Part shown: positions 1 through 8,712 of the stretch, in pieces
Layout of the letters: each line of letters begins with the position of its first letter
Numbering within the stretch: the first letter of the stretch is position 1
Assembly (NCBI GenBank): GCA_037969075.1
Contig: JBBKWS010000142.1
Span: 1-22,927 of the forward strand
Length of the DNA: 22,927 nucleotides
Direction: 5' to 3'
DNA from: Bdellovibrionales bacterium
Lineage (GTDB): Bacteria > Bdellovibrionota > Bdellovibrionia > Bdellovibrionales > UBA840
Position numbers and translations under genes: made by a program
Notes under the pieces: model-generated
Seen by the model: the letters and a program-made list of their open reading frames with translations, nothing else
Told to the model about the DNA's origin: nothing
The model's database searches: none

Positions 1-96
1 AATATTAATAATAGTGGTGAGTTATTTGTAGATGCGTGCTCTAAAAGCCGCAATTTAAATTGGGTTGAAAGTATTTTTTCAATCACGGTTCAATAG
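1..96 (+). CDS. 3' end of an unidentified ORF entering from the left edge, convergent with mltG
   Basis: Frame 1 is open from base 1 to TAG at 94-96 (NINNSGELFVDACSKSRNLNWVESIFSITVQ*), ending 1 nt from the mltG stop. Too short to assign; weak resemblance to the BirA C-terminal 'GID.dG.L' motif. Confidence 0.4.
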   Translation, partial: NINNSGELFVDACSKSRNLNWVESIFSITVQ

Positions 97-97
97 T

Positions 98-1150
98 CTA
101 CTTCTTATTATTACGATCTCTCCAAGATTTACCTTCACGCGCTTTTCTATTTAGTTGAAAGTCGCGAACCGCTTTTAAGTGATCCTGATACGTCTTAGTA
201 AAAACATGAGTCCCATCATTTTTACTTACAAAATAAAGAAAGTCTGTGCTAGCTGGGTTCAATGCCGCTCGAAGCGCATCTTCTCCTGGATTAGCGATAG
301 GCGCAGGCGGAAGACCTGGAATAGTGTAAGTGTTATATTTAGTACTTCGTAGAATGTCTGCTTTTTGAATATTTTGTTTCCACGATCCATCTTCAATCAT
401 AATACCGTATAAAATTGTTGGATCACTCTGTAGGCGCATTCGCTTACGTAGTCGATTATGAAAAACTGATGATATCAATTCTCTCTCTTCTCCGTCACCC
501 GTTTCTTTTTCGATCATACTTGCCATTGTAACGTGTTCAATAAATGGAAGCTGCATCATATTCGGTTCACGCAACACCTGATCATAAATTTTTCTAAATT
601 GGGTGGCCATTGCAATAACGATTGCTTTTGCGCCTTCAGATTTACTAAAATTGTAAGTTTCAGGAAATAGAAACCCTTCAAACGATGCAACACTTTGGCC
701 CAATACCTTAGTAGCTAAAACGGGGTCCTTGGCATAGCTTAAAAATTCTTGAGTAGTTGCTATGCCTTTGGCTTCAATAATAGCTGCTATGTCAAAAATA
801 TTATAACCCTCAGGAATCGTAAGGGGATATTTTACAACATTTCCAGATACTAATTCTTCAAGGATTTGTTTTGGCGTAAAGTTTTTGGATAATCTGTATT
901 CACCAATTTTTAACTTGGTAGTATCTCTACGAAACTTTGCGTACCAAATAAAATATCTGGCATTAGAAATAAGTCCCTCTTGATGTAATCGCATTGCATT
1001 TTGTGTAAACGAGCCGGGCTTAACCTCAAAGATATGCTCCTTATAAGTCTCGGTTTGGGCTTGCGTTAAAAACGAAAAGCCCTGAATACCCAACCAAGAA
1101 GATAAGACGAATAAGCACAGTAAACAGGAAACTAAAAATTTCTTTATCAT
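98..1150 (-). CDS. mltG: Endolytic peptidoglycan transglycosylase MltG (YceG family)
   Basis: N-terminal TM anchor; motifs TIPEG, EGFLFPETY, ASMIEKET (catalytic Glu), LQSDPT, YNTY..PGLPPAPIANPG, LYFVSK. Start overlaps the astD stop (TAATG). Confidence 0.95.
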   Translation of the reverse strand: MIKKFLVSCLLCLFVLSSWLGIQGFSFLTQAQTETYKEHIFEVKPGSFTQNAMRLHQEGLISNARYFIWYAKFRRDTTKLKIGEYRLSKNFTPKQILEELVSGNVVKYPLTIPEGYNIFDIAAIIEAKGIATTQEFLSYAKDPVLATKVLGQSVASFEGFLFPETYNFSKSEGAKAIVIAMATQFRKIYDQVLREPNMMQLPFIEHVTMASMIEKETGDGEERELISSVFHNRLRKRMRLQSDPTILYGIMIEDGSWKQNIQKADILRSTKYNTYTIPGLPPAPIANPGEDALRAALNPASTDFLYFVSKNDGTHVFTKTYQDHLKAVRDFQLNRKAREGKSWRDRNNKK

Positions 1151-2652
1151 TATTTTAACTCAATACCCTTAGCAATTGTTTTTATATCAAAATCTTGTTG
1201 ATCCTCTAGGCAAGCTATTGGAGTTGTACAATAGTAAACCGCAAAATTACCAGAAGGTCTATCGTTACCAGATTTTTTCTCTCCTCCAAATGGAAGTTTA
1301 GAGCTGGCTCCGCATGTTGCCCTATTCCAATTGACACTTCCCACCTGTAAGTCTTCATAAGCTTTGATGTAATTATTTTTTTCTTTTGTAAAAATAGATG
1401 CCGCTAGTCCGTAGTTAGTGTCGTTAGCTATATGTATGGCCTCATCAAGATCATCCACTCCGTATACCGCTACAGTTGGACCAAATACCTCTTCTTTTTC
1501 AAAGACAGATACAGGGTTTGGCTTATCAATAAAATATATCGACGGACTTACATAGTAACCCTTATGAGATAACTCTAAAACCTTTCCTCGCATTACTGAT
1601 TCTGCCCCTTCTCTAATGGCAATTTGCTGAAAGCGCAAATACTTCTCTACCGCTTGTTCGTTGATTAGAGGTCCGCAGAACACCTCTTCTTTCCAGTGTC
1701 CTATTTTAATTTTCTTAGCCGTTTCATGAAATCTTTTTAAAAATTGATCCTTAATTTTATTGTGCACAATGATTCTACTGGTGCAAGAGCAACGCTGTCC
1801 AGTGGATGCATAAGAGCCAAATATGTTTTCATAAACCGCTTTGTCCATATCAGCATCATCCCAGACGATAGATGCATTTTTGCCGCCCATCTCTAACGCT
1901 ACTAACTTTCCGTAATGCGTAGAAACATCCTGGCTGATTTTTAAACCCACATCGTAAGATCCAGTAAACAATACACCGTCCACGTGCTCATGCTTTACTA
2001 AACGTTTTCCTGTTTCAACCCGGCCTTGTACCATATTAAATACGCCCTTAGGAAATCCCGCTTGATGAAACATTTCCGCCAGCAACTGGCCAGTAGCAGG
2101 TGTTATCTCTGAAGGTTTAAGTACAACTGTATTACCTGTAATAAGGGCTGGGATAATATGACCATTAGGTAAATGGGCAGGAAAGTTAAATGGGCCAACA
2201 ATTGCCATCACGCCGCGGGGCTTAAACCTAACGTAGCCGTCCACATTAGGAAGAGCATTGGTTACTTTTTGTTCTGCAACTAATTTCAAACTTTCATTAA
2301 TCGTAATATCAATCTTGTTAGCTAAAGCTGCAGCTTCTCCGAGAGTTTCCCAATACACTTTTCCCGTTTCTCTAGATATTAGTTCAGCAATTTTTTCTTT
2401 ATTGGCTGCGTACACATTTTTAAGTTTTATTAAATACTCTTTGCGCTCATCCATACTTAGGCGGCGCCAAGAAATGGAGGCTTCACGTGCCGCTGCCACG
2501 GCATAATCCACATGATCGTATTGCTCTACGCATTCAAAAACAATATCCTTTAAATCCGAAGGACTTTGTTTTTCCCAAGAGAGAGATCCTGATGCCTTAA
2601 CAAACTCACCACCTATATAGTTTCCTTTATACTCAACTCTTCCTAATGACAT
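1150..2652 (-). CDS. astD: N-succinylglutamate 5-semialdehyde dehydrogenase (ALDH family)
   Basis: AstD-type GPFNFPAHLPNGHIIPALITGNTVVLKPSE, FTGS, LEMGGKN, GQRCSC, GASSKLPFGG..KSGN.RPS...AVYYC; adjacent to astA. Confidence 0.9.
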   Translation of the reverse strand: MSLGRVEYKGNYIGGEFVKASGSLSWEKQSPSDLKDIVFECVEQYDHVDYAVAAAREASISWRRLSMDERKEYLIKLKNVYAANKEKIAELISRETGKVYWETLGEAAALANKIDITINESLKLVAEQKVTNALPNVDGYVRFKPRGVMAIVGPFNFPAHLPNGHIIPALITGNTVVLKPSEITPATGQLLAEMFHQAGFPKGVFNMVQGRVETGKRLVKHEHVDGVLFTGSYDVGLKISQDVSTHYGKLVALEMGGKNASIVWDDADMDKAVYENIFGSYASTGQRCSCTSRIIVHNKIKDQFLKRFHETAKKIKIGHWKEEVFCGPLINEQAVEKYLRFQQIAIREGAESVMRGKVLELSHKGYYVSPSIYFIDKPNPVSVFEKEEVFGPTVAVYGVDDLDEAIHIANDTNYGLAASIFTKEKNNYIKAYEDLQVGSVNWNRATCGASSKLPFGGEKKSGNDRPSGNFAVYYCTTPIACLEDQQDFDIKTIAKGIELK

Positions 2653-2658
2653 AACACC

Positions 2659-3675
2659 TCAATTCAATGTATATACAAATATTTTATCGTTGTCGCTGAT
2701 TCCCAAAGTCTCTCGCTTCCATTTTGGTAAACTTATCTTATCATCTTTAATATCGAAATGCGCCAACCCCCCGCGAAAACCCTGCTTTGTCTGCGCCGCT
2801 ATTAAACCTAATTTTTGATAAGACTCGCTCTCTGCCTCTGAAACCATGAAGCCCTTCATTTCTTTGATTACCTTAACGTCCTTAAGATTAATTCCATAGT
2901 GTGGTCCGCCATCAAAAGGGTCAACCTCATTCAAATATGTAAACCCCATTTTTTCCAACATGTGCTTTGCAGGGACTGTGGCATCAGCAACGCGGCCAAT
3001 ATCTACCCTAGCTCTTGCATCAAGGAGTGATAAATAAATATCTTCTTCGGGAAATAAGGTTTTTATGAATTCCTTGTTTGTTTGTGAAATTTGGTCAGCC
3101 TCGATATATGGTAAGCCAGTAAACCTTCTTCCTAGAGCCTCCCAAAACTCACTTCTTCCCTCGGGAGTCAATGGAGGGCTTAATTCGCACAACACTCTGG
3201 CTTCAAAGCGCTCCTTAAACATTCCCATATATAAAAACCTGGTTAGACTGATCACTGATCCTAGTTTTTCTGGACGATTTCGATAGTCAGGATCCAAAAG
3301 CAAGCCACCTATTTCAGTTGGTCCATCTTTATCTTCTGTAAATCGAAGCGCCTGATGAATGAAGCCAACGCCTATGTCTTTACTAAAATGTTCTTTCTTA
3401 ATGATTTTAAAACTATAATGTGGAATATCTTCGCTTCCATGCTTGGCTAAAATCAAAGATGTTGCAATTATTTTTTTAATTTCTGTGTCTTCTATTACAA
3501 AAATGTATAGAGCATCTTTCTTTTCGCGCTTACCTGCAAATGATTCTTCGCTGCTAGTAATCATCACTTCTAATTTAGGCTTATCTGCCGGTAAGTTTAA
3601 CAGGGTAAAGTGTTTAGCCAATTGAAAGACTCCCTCTAAATCACTTTTTTTAACTTCTCTTACTAAAAAACTCAC
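2659..3675 (-). CDS. astA: Arginine (possibly arginine/ornithine) N-succinyltransferase
   Basis: Motifs LNLPAD, TEIGGLLLDPDYR, SEFWEALGRRF, EAD, FP...IY.SLL, T.PA..MLE..GF, DPFDGGP. Probable GTG start at 3675 overlapping the upstream TGA (GTGA), with AGGA 7 nt upstream; the ORF track starts at 3681. Confidence 0.92.
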   Translation of the reverse strand: MSFLVREVKKSDLEGVFQLAKHFTLLNLPADKPKLEVMITSSEESFAGKREKKDALYIFVIEDTEIKKIIATSLILAKHGSEDIPHYSFKIIKKEHFSKDIGVGFIHQALRFTEDKDGPTEIGGLLLDPDYRNRPEKLGSVISLTRFLYMGMFKERFEARVLCELSPPLTPEGRSEFWEALGRRFTGLPYIEADQISQTNKEFIKTLFPEEDIYLSLLDARARVDIGRVADATVPAKHMLEKMGFTYLNEVDPFDGGPHYGINLKDVKVIKEMKGFMVSEAESESYQKLGLIAAQTKQGFRGGLAHFDIKDDKISLPKWKRETLGISDNDKIFVYTLN

Positions 3676-5003
3676 ACACACATCCTATCTATCATTTCTT
3701 TATATATTTTTTTAGAAGCATTCAGTTGCGGCAGTATGTTGTATTCATTGGGTAAATATGAGCTTCCCGCTGTTGCACCAGCCCCCATTGCTATTGCAGG
3801 AATTCCTTTAATTTGAAAGTAACTTGCATCCGACACCTTGTGCTTCCAAAGCAACCTTTCAGATGAGCCGAACTCTTGTAAGATAGATTTAGTGTTCTGT
3901 ACTAAGCTATGATCTTCTGGAATTTTACTAGAGGCTTTAAATGCCGCTATTGATAGTTTTATATTTGGCACATCTATTACCTGCAACCAATCTTTTACTC
4001 GCTCTTTTGTGATTCCATCTGTTAAGAAAAATGTACCCTCTAGCTCTAAACTGTTGTCTGTAGTTCTCACATACCCAATATTATAAGGCGGAAAATCTTT
4101 TAAATTATATCGTTTAGCATATTTTGCAAACCTATCAGTAAATACAGTATCAATTTTTTGTAAAAACTCTAGTAGCCTAGTTTTAATGGTGTCTTTTCTT
4201 GATAGGCCAACATCTAATTCTAGTATAGCCTCTTCAGGAATAATATACGGAGAAATTCCCGATTCAATAGAAAGCAGCAATGTGTTGTCTGGGAGTTTTT
4301 GAATGTATTTTTTTAATTCAGAGAAAGCACTCTGGCCAAATTCCGGAGTTGAGGCGTGGCAAGATTTTCCTCTAAATATTTTTGTTTGTGTAGATGTTAT
4401 ATCTTCTTCTTCGGACTTTCTTCTGAGCATGATTTCTTCATCAGTAAAAAGTAGTTCCATTTTTATAATTACTGACCCCGAGAATTGATTAACGATCTGC
4501 AGATCTGATGGTTCTCCAACCACAATGCCGTGAATTTTATTTTTATATTGTGATAAAAAGTATCTAGCCCCAGAAAAGTTCTCTTCTTTTCCAAAGCTAC
4601 CTACAAGCACCGGACTTATGCTGCCATTTTTAATTTCGCACTCTGCAATAGCTTGCAGCTTTGACAAAAAATCTAATTTTCCAGTAGCACTACCAAGTCC
4701 GTAAATATTGTCACCCTTAATGGTTGCTAGATAGGGGTTATGATCTGTCTCAAGCCACTGACTATACGAGCCAGGATCAAGCGTATCTAGGTTAGACCAC
4801 AGAATAAGCTCACTTTTTTGAGGCTTTCCTTTGCGAATTAATATTAATTTTTGCTCTACGCCGTCTACCGATGTAGTTAGTACCTCTGTATTTAATCCCC
4901 GCGCGCTTGCTAACTCATCTATATAGTCTACCACATAGCCATTTCCTACCGAAGGGCTAGAGTCTATAGATAGTATTCGCTCGCACGCCTGGATAAAATC
5001 CAT
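3672..5003 (-). CDS. M20-family (ArgE/DapE-like) metallohydrolase homolog with substituted metal ligands
   Basis: M20 architecture: NLDTLDPG, NPY...I.GD.IYGLGS, VGEPS, G...HAS.PE.G, SDASYF, G.G...PNE. Start placed at ATG 5003 (AAGGA upstream); the ORF track starts at 5027. Confidence 0.8.
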   Translation of the reverse strand: MDFIQACERILSIDSSPSVGNGYVVDYIDELASARGLNTEVLTTSVDGVEQKLILIRKGKPQKSELILWSNLDTLDPGSYSQWLETDHNPYLATIKGDNIYGLGSATGKLDFLSKLQAIAECEIKNGSISPVLVGSFGKEENFSGARYFLSQYKNKIHGIVVGEPSDLQIVNQFSGSVIIKMELLFTDEEIMLRRKSEEEDITSTQTKIFRGKSCHASTPEFGQSAFSELKKYIQKLPDNTLLLSIESGISPYIIPEEAILELDVGLSRKDTIKTRLLEFLQKIDTVFTDRFAKYAKRYNLKDFPPYNIGYVRTTDNSLELEGTFFLTDGITKERVKDWLQVIDVPNIKLSIAAFKASSKIPEDHSLVQNTKSILQEFGSSERLLWKHKVSDASYFQIKGIPAIAMGAGATAGSSYLPNEYNILPQLNASKKIYKEMIDRMCV

Positions 5004-5010
5004 AAACAAA

Positions 5011-6390
5011 TTATCCTTTAACCTCAATTAGAGATTTTTCAATAATTTTTAGTGCTACCTGCGTATCTTTTTGTGTCATCACTGCTGGAATTAGAAATCG
5101 AATTCTATATGGACCATGACCGCAACCAAAAGTAATTAAACCGTTTTTGAATAAGGCTTTTAATGTATTCATCATGTTGTCTTTAGTGCCGTCGATTGGT
5201 GTCATTGCAACCATGAGGCCTAGGCCCTCTACTTCACTGATCAAGCCTTTGCAGGTTGTTTCTGCCAACATATTTAAACCATCTACAAAGTAATTATGTA
5301 TGTCTGCAATTTTTCCGGTAGCACCAAAATATTGATTTTCTGATAGCTCTCTTAAGACGGCTGTGCCCGCTGACAATGCTGCAGATGTTCCAGAAAATGT
5401 TCCCGCTATCAAACCTGGCTTTGGATTATATTCAGCAGTATAGATTGTAGCTCCGACTTTTAAAGCCTTAGCAACTGTAACCACATCTACATACTCTCCT
5501 ATTCTTAATTTTTGTATCGCTAGCAGCTCTCCTGTTCTACAAAACGTTTGCACTTCATCAGCCCAAACCGGTATTTTATTGGCCTTACATAGCTCTAGTA
5601 ATGGAACAAAAAATTCTCTTGGCGCCACACGGTAGCCGCCCTCTCCCTGCATAGGCTCAAAAGTGAAACAGGCAATATCATTTTTGTTTTTTTCGATATG
5701 TTCACGCAACTGAGCCAAGCTATTTTCAATAGACTTAGGGTTTTTCGCATCATAAAAATCCACTCTTAATACTTCGTTGTAATCTGGTAGTCCCTGCTTG
5801 TAATCAGGATTATCTGTCACTTCAGCCATCATTGTTGATCTACCTGCAAATGCATCCTTCATTGCAACGATCTTTCTTGCTGGGCTGTGTTTTTGCCTAC
5901 ATAATTTAAGCGCATTTTCATTTGCCATTGTTCCACAGGTTGATAACCATGCGTGTTTTAGCCTGGTGCCCGTTGATGCTAGTGTAACTAATTTTTCTGT
6001 AATTTCTTTATATTGATTATTGGGTTGCAAATTACCTTGCACAACAACATCTTCCAATGAACCACGAACCGCTGCTTCTATTAGTTTTGGATGGGAATGC
6101 CCTAAAATATTAATCCCAATTCCATTTACTAAATCTATTTTAACACTTCCATCTTCTAATTCTACATACGGACCATTACCAGCTCCTGTACCCACATACG
6201 GATAAAACAATGGGCGCCCACGAAGCTCTCCAATTTGTTCAATTAATTTTTGTGAGTGACTCGCTAACTCAGGGTTTGGGTCTTTGGGGCCAGTGATCTC
6301 GCGATTAATTTTCATTGTTTGTGTTACCAAACCTTGAATTGCGTTTTCTACTTCCGCTGCAGATTTTATTTTATGTCCAACTAATGTCAT
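5011..6390 (-). CDS. Class III PLP aminotransferase, probable succinylornithine/acetylornithine transaminase (AstC/ArgD-like)
   Basis: LGHSHP, GTMANENALK, AFAGRS, FEPMQGEGG, DEVQT..RTG, DVVTVAKAL (PLP Lys), GTFSG. Start ATG 6390 with GGAG at 6396-6399; first gene of the ast-like operon. Confidence 0.88.
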   Translation of the reverse strand: MTLVGHKIKSAAEVENAIQGLVTQTMKINREITGPKDPNPELASHSQKLIEQIGELRGRPLFYPYVGTGAGNGPYVELEDGSVKIDLVNGIGINILGHSHPKLIEAAVRGSLEDVVVQGNLQPNNQYKEITEKLVTLASTGTRLKHAWLSTCGTMANENALKLCRQKHSPARKIVAMKDAFAGRSTMMAEVTDNPDYKQGLPDYNEVLRVDFYDAKNPKSIENSLAQLREHIEKNKNDIACFTFEPMQGEGGYRVAPREFFVPLLELCKANKIPVWADEVQTFCRTGELLAIQKLRIGEYVDVVTVAKALKVGATIYTAEYNPKPGLIAGTFSGTSAALSAGTAVLRELSENQYFGATGKIADIHNYFVDGLNMLAETTCKGLISEVEGLGLMVAMTPIDGTKDNMMNTLKALFKNGLITFGCGHGPYRIRFLIPAVMTQKDTQVALKIIEKSLIEVKG

Positions 6391-6428
6391 GTTTTCTCCA
6401 TTTGTTTGCCCGCATGCCATGAAAGACA

Positions 6429-6457
6429 TGGACAGCGTAAGCAGAAAAGATCATAAT
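6429..6457 (+). promoter_or_regulatory. Putative sigma70 promoter for a leaderless TPR/SH3 gene transcript
   Basis: TGGACA (6429-6434), 17-nt spacer, CATAAT (6452-6457), then 6 nt to ATG 6464; no Shine-Dalgarno. Confidence 0.55.
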
Positions 6458-6463
6458 TATCTT

Positions 6464-7216
6464 ATGCAATTTATCATGTTTTCTCTAATGATTCTATTGT
6501 CTTCTAGTCTATGCGCACAAGATACTGAGACCCTATTAAGCCAAGGAATTTTGCAGTTTTCACAAAAAAATTGGCAAGAAGCTGAAAATAGTTTTCAACT
6601 AGCTTTAAATAACAACCCTATGGATCCCAATATTCTATCTAATTTGGCCCTGGTTCAGGTAGAAAAAAATGAGCCCGTACTTGCCTATGCTTTCTGGCGC
6701 AAAGCATTGTACTACCATCCATTCTTCACACCCGCTCAGCAAGGTATCGACTATTTATTGAAAAAGGGGACGCTACAAATCTCCGAGAATTCAAAGTTTG
6801 CTAACTTTTTCCACAACTTATACCGTAGTCCCACTTTATATTCTTATCTCGTTTTATGGATCTTCCTGTTTTTGTGCCTAAAGAGCATGCATTCTTTTTT
6901 ACTTAAGAGGAAGTCTTCTCAAGAAGAAGAGGGTAATCCGTACGGTCCCCCAGTTTCTCTTATTCTTTACTCTATATTATTCTTAGCTTCGCTCGCCTTC
7001 ACCATTGGGCAAGCGAGGGATAAGCTAATGAGTCGAGGCATTTCCTTATCAGCCGGTATTACAAAACTTGGCCCCTCTGAAGAAAGCCCAAACCTATTTA
7101 CTCTGGGTCAGGGCGAGCCAATCGACATCCTTAGCGAAAAAGATTCATGGGTACAGATAGAAAACCAACAGGAGCAACGCGCCTGGATCGAGAAGGACAA
7201 AATTTTTGTCTTTTAA
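6464..7216 (+). CDS. TPR + transmembrane + C-terminal SH3-like protein (BatE-like architecture)
   Basis: Signal peptide, TPR pair (WQEAENSFQLAL..NP.DP.ILSNLA; A.AFWRKAL...P), two hydrophobic segments, SH3b-like end (GPSE...LFTL..GE.I.IL.....WVQI......WI). Start moved from 6389 to 6464 because the longer ORF overlaps the divergent gene. Confidence 0.75.
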   Translation: MQFIMFSLMILLSSSLCAQDTETLLSQGILQFSQKNWQEAENSFQLALNNNPMDPNILSNLALVQVEKNEPVLAYAFWRKALYYHPFFTPAQQGIDYLLKKGTLQISENSKFANFFHNLYRSPTLYSYLVLWIFLFLCLKSMHSFLLKRKSSQEEEGNPYGPPVSLILYSILFLASLAFTIGQARDKLMSRGISLSAGITKLGPSEESPNLFTLGQGEPIDILSEKDSWVQIENQQEQRAWIEKDKIFVF

Positions 7217-7226
7217 TACCGTTAAT

Positions 7227-7255
7227 TTGACTTAAATATGTGGTATTCATAGACT
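7227..7255 (+). promoter_or_regulatory. Putative sigma70 promoter for a leaderless bamD transcript
   Basis: TTGACT (7227-7232), 17-nt spacer, TAGACT (7250-7255), then 6 nt to ATG 7262; no Shine-Dalgarno. Confidence 0.65.
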
Positions 7256-7261
7256 ACGCGT

Positions 7262-7999
7262 ATGAAAAAACTCTTACTATTTTCATTTTTATTATTTGGC
7301 TGCTCATCGATTGATAAAATCGACACATCTACCCCTGAGGGCGCCTTTAAAATGGCTGAAAAATATGCCGACGTCGAGAGATATGAAGAGGCCATCACTC
7401 GCTTTAATGAAGTGCGTACAAAATTTCCATACTCTAAATATTCAGTAGAAGCCCAACTGAGAATCGCTGACATACAATATAAGCGCGAATATTATGTAGA
7501 CGCTGCCACAGCATACCAAATTTTTCGCGAGTTTTATCCTAAGCACCCAAAAATCGAATACATTATTTATCAGATAGGGTCTAGCTATTACAAACAGTTG
7601 CCAACAACAGTTGATCGCGATCTATCTGCCGCTAATGAAGTCTTAAAGACTTTTGACGAATACTTAAGAAGATTTCCAAATGGTGAGTTTGCCGTAAAAG
7701 CAAAAGAACAACGCACTGACACCATCAATAAGCTCATAGAAAAAGAGCTTTACGTTGGAAATTACTACTATAAACAAAAAGAGTATTTAAGTGCTATGGG
7801 AAGATATCAAAATATTTACGAAAAATATTCTGATTCTGAGTATGCTATTGATGCTGTCTACAAAGGTTTCTTATGTGCCGTTAAGTTAGACTATCGTGAC
7901 TTCGCAAAGCGCTTTTACGATGTTCTAAAAAAACAATACCCCTCTACAGAAGAATATAAAGATGCCAAAAGCATAGGAGGCGAATATGGCTTACTCTGA
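7262..7999 (+). CDS. bamD: Outer membrane protein assembly lipoprotein BamD
   Basis: Lipobox LFGC; TPR motifs FPYSKY...AQL, F...YPKHP, DRD, F..YL.RFPN.EF, KEL.VG.YY, Y.SA..RY. Confidence 0.92.
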   Translation: MKKLLLFSFLLFGCSSIDKIDTSTPEGAFKMAEKYADVERYEEAITRFNEVRTKFPYSKYSVEAQLRIADIQYKREYYVDAATAYQIFREFYPKHPKIEYIIYQIGSSYYKQLPTTVDRDLSAANEVLKTFDEYLRRFPNGEFAVKAKEQRTDTINKLIEKELYVGNYYYKQKEYLSAMGRYQNIYEKYSDSEYAIDAVYKGFLCAVKLDYRDFAKRFYDVLKKQYPSTEEYKDAKSIGGEYGLL

Positions 8000-8711
8000 T
8001 TATCAAGAGGTACTCTCGGTTGCCAGAGAGAGCTTTATTGCTGGAAAATACTCTACAGCTGAACCGCTGTTAACTCAGCTATTATTAACAAATGTTCGAG
8101 AGCCAGAAATTTATCAAATGCTTGCCACTATTTTTTATGACCAGGGTAAATTCAATAAGGCGATAAAAACCTTTAAAAGAGCTCTTGAAATTGATCCGAA
8201 TTACACAGATGCCAGCATTGGACTTTCAATTATTCTAAACGATCTTGGAAGATACGAAGAAGGAAAAAGTATATTTGTAGAGGCACAAGACCTTTTATCT
8301 AAGAAAAAATCTAAGATGGACCCATTTGTACAGGATAAGATTTCAAAAAAACATCTAGAGCTTGCCAGCCTTTACTTTCAATACTTCGATTACAAAGAGG
8401 CAATTGATCAATATTATAAGGCCTTGGCGTTAAGCACTAAAAAGGAAGACATTGTTATTAAAATCGCTGAGTCTCAGGTAAAATTAGACCATGCCGATAA
8501 AGCAATTAAAGAATTAAAAAAATATATCTCTGAGTACCCTCAGGCTATTGGTGCCAGGCTTAAGCTTGGTATCATTTATTACAATGCAAATCGCATCATT
8601 GAGGCCACTGAGCAGTGGGAGCAAATTTTAGCCAGAGATCCAAACCACAAAGAAGCCAAGTCCTTTATTACTATGGCAGAAAAAGCCGGCGTTACCGAGC
8701 TAGGAGTGTAA
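7986..8711 (+). CDS. Cytoplasmic tetratricopeptide repeat protein
   Basis: Multiple TPRs (e.g. LATIFYDQGKFNKAIKTFKRALEIDPNY; LGIIYYNANRIIEA..QWEQIL..DP); GGAGG at 7976-7980; overlaps the bamD end. Confidence 0.85.
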   Translation: MAYSDYQEVLSVARESFIAGKYSTAEPLLTQLLLTNVREPEIYQMLATIFYDQGKFNKAIKTFKRALEIDPNYTDASIGLSIILNDLGRYEEGKSIFVEAQDLLSKKKSKMDPFVQDKISKKHLELASLYFQYFDYKEAIDQYYKALALSTKKEDIVIKIAESQVKLDHADKAIKELKKYISEYPQAIGARLKLGIIYYNANRIIEATEQWEQILARDPNHKEAKSFITMAEKAGVTELGV

Positions 8712-8712
8712 T

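Noticed and set aside
6389..6463. 5' extensions of the divergent ORFs (6389 plus, 6429 minus)
   Set aside because: They would overlap head to head; better starts are 6390 (GGAG) and 6464 (promoter spacing, signal peptide).
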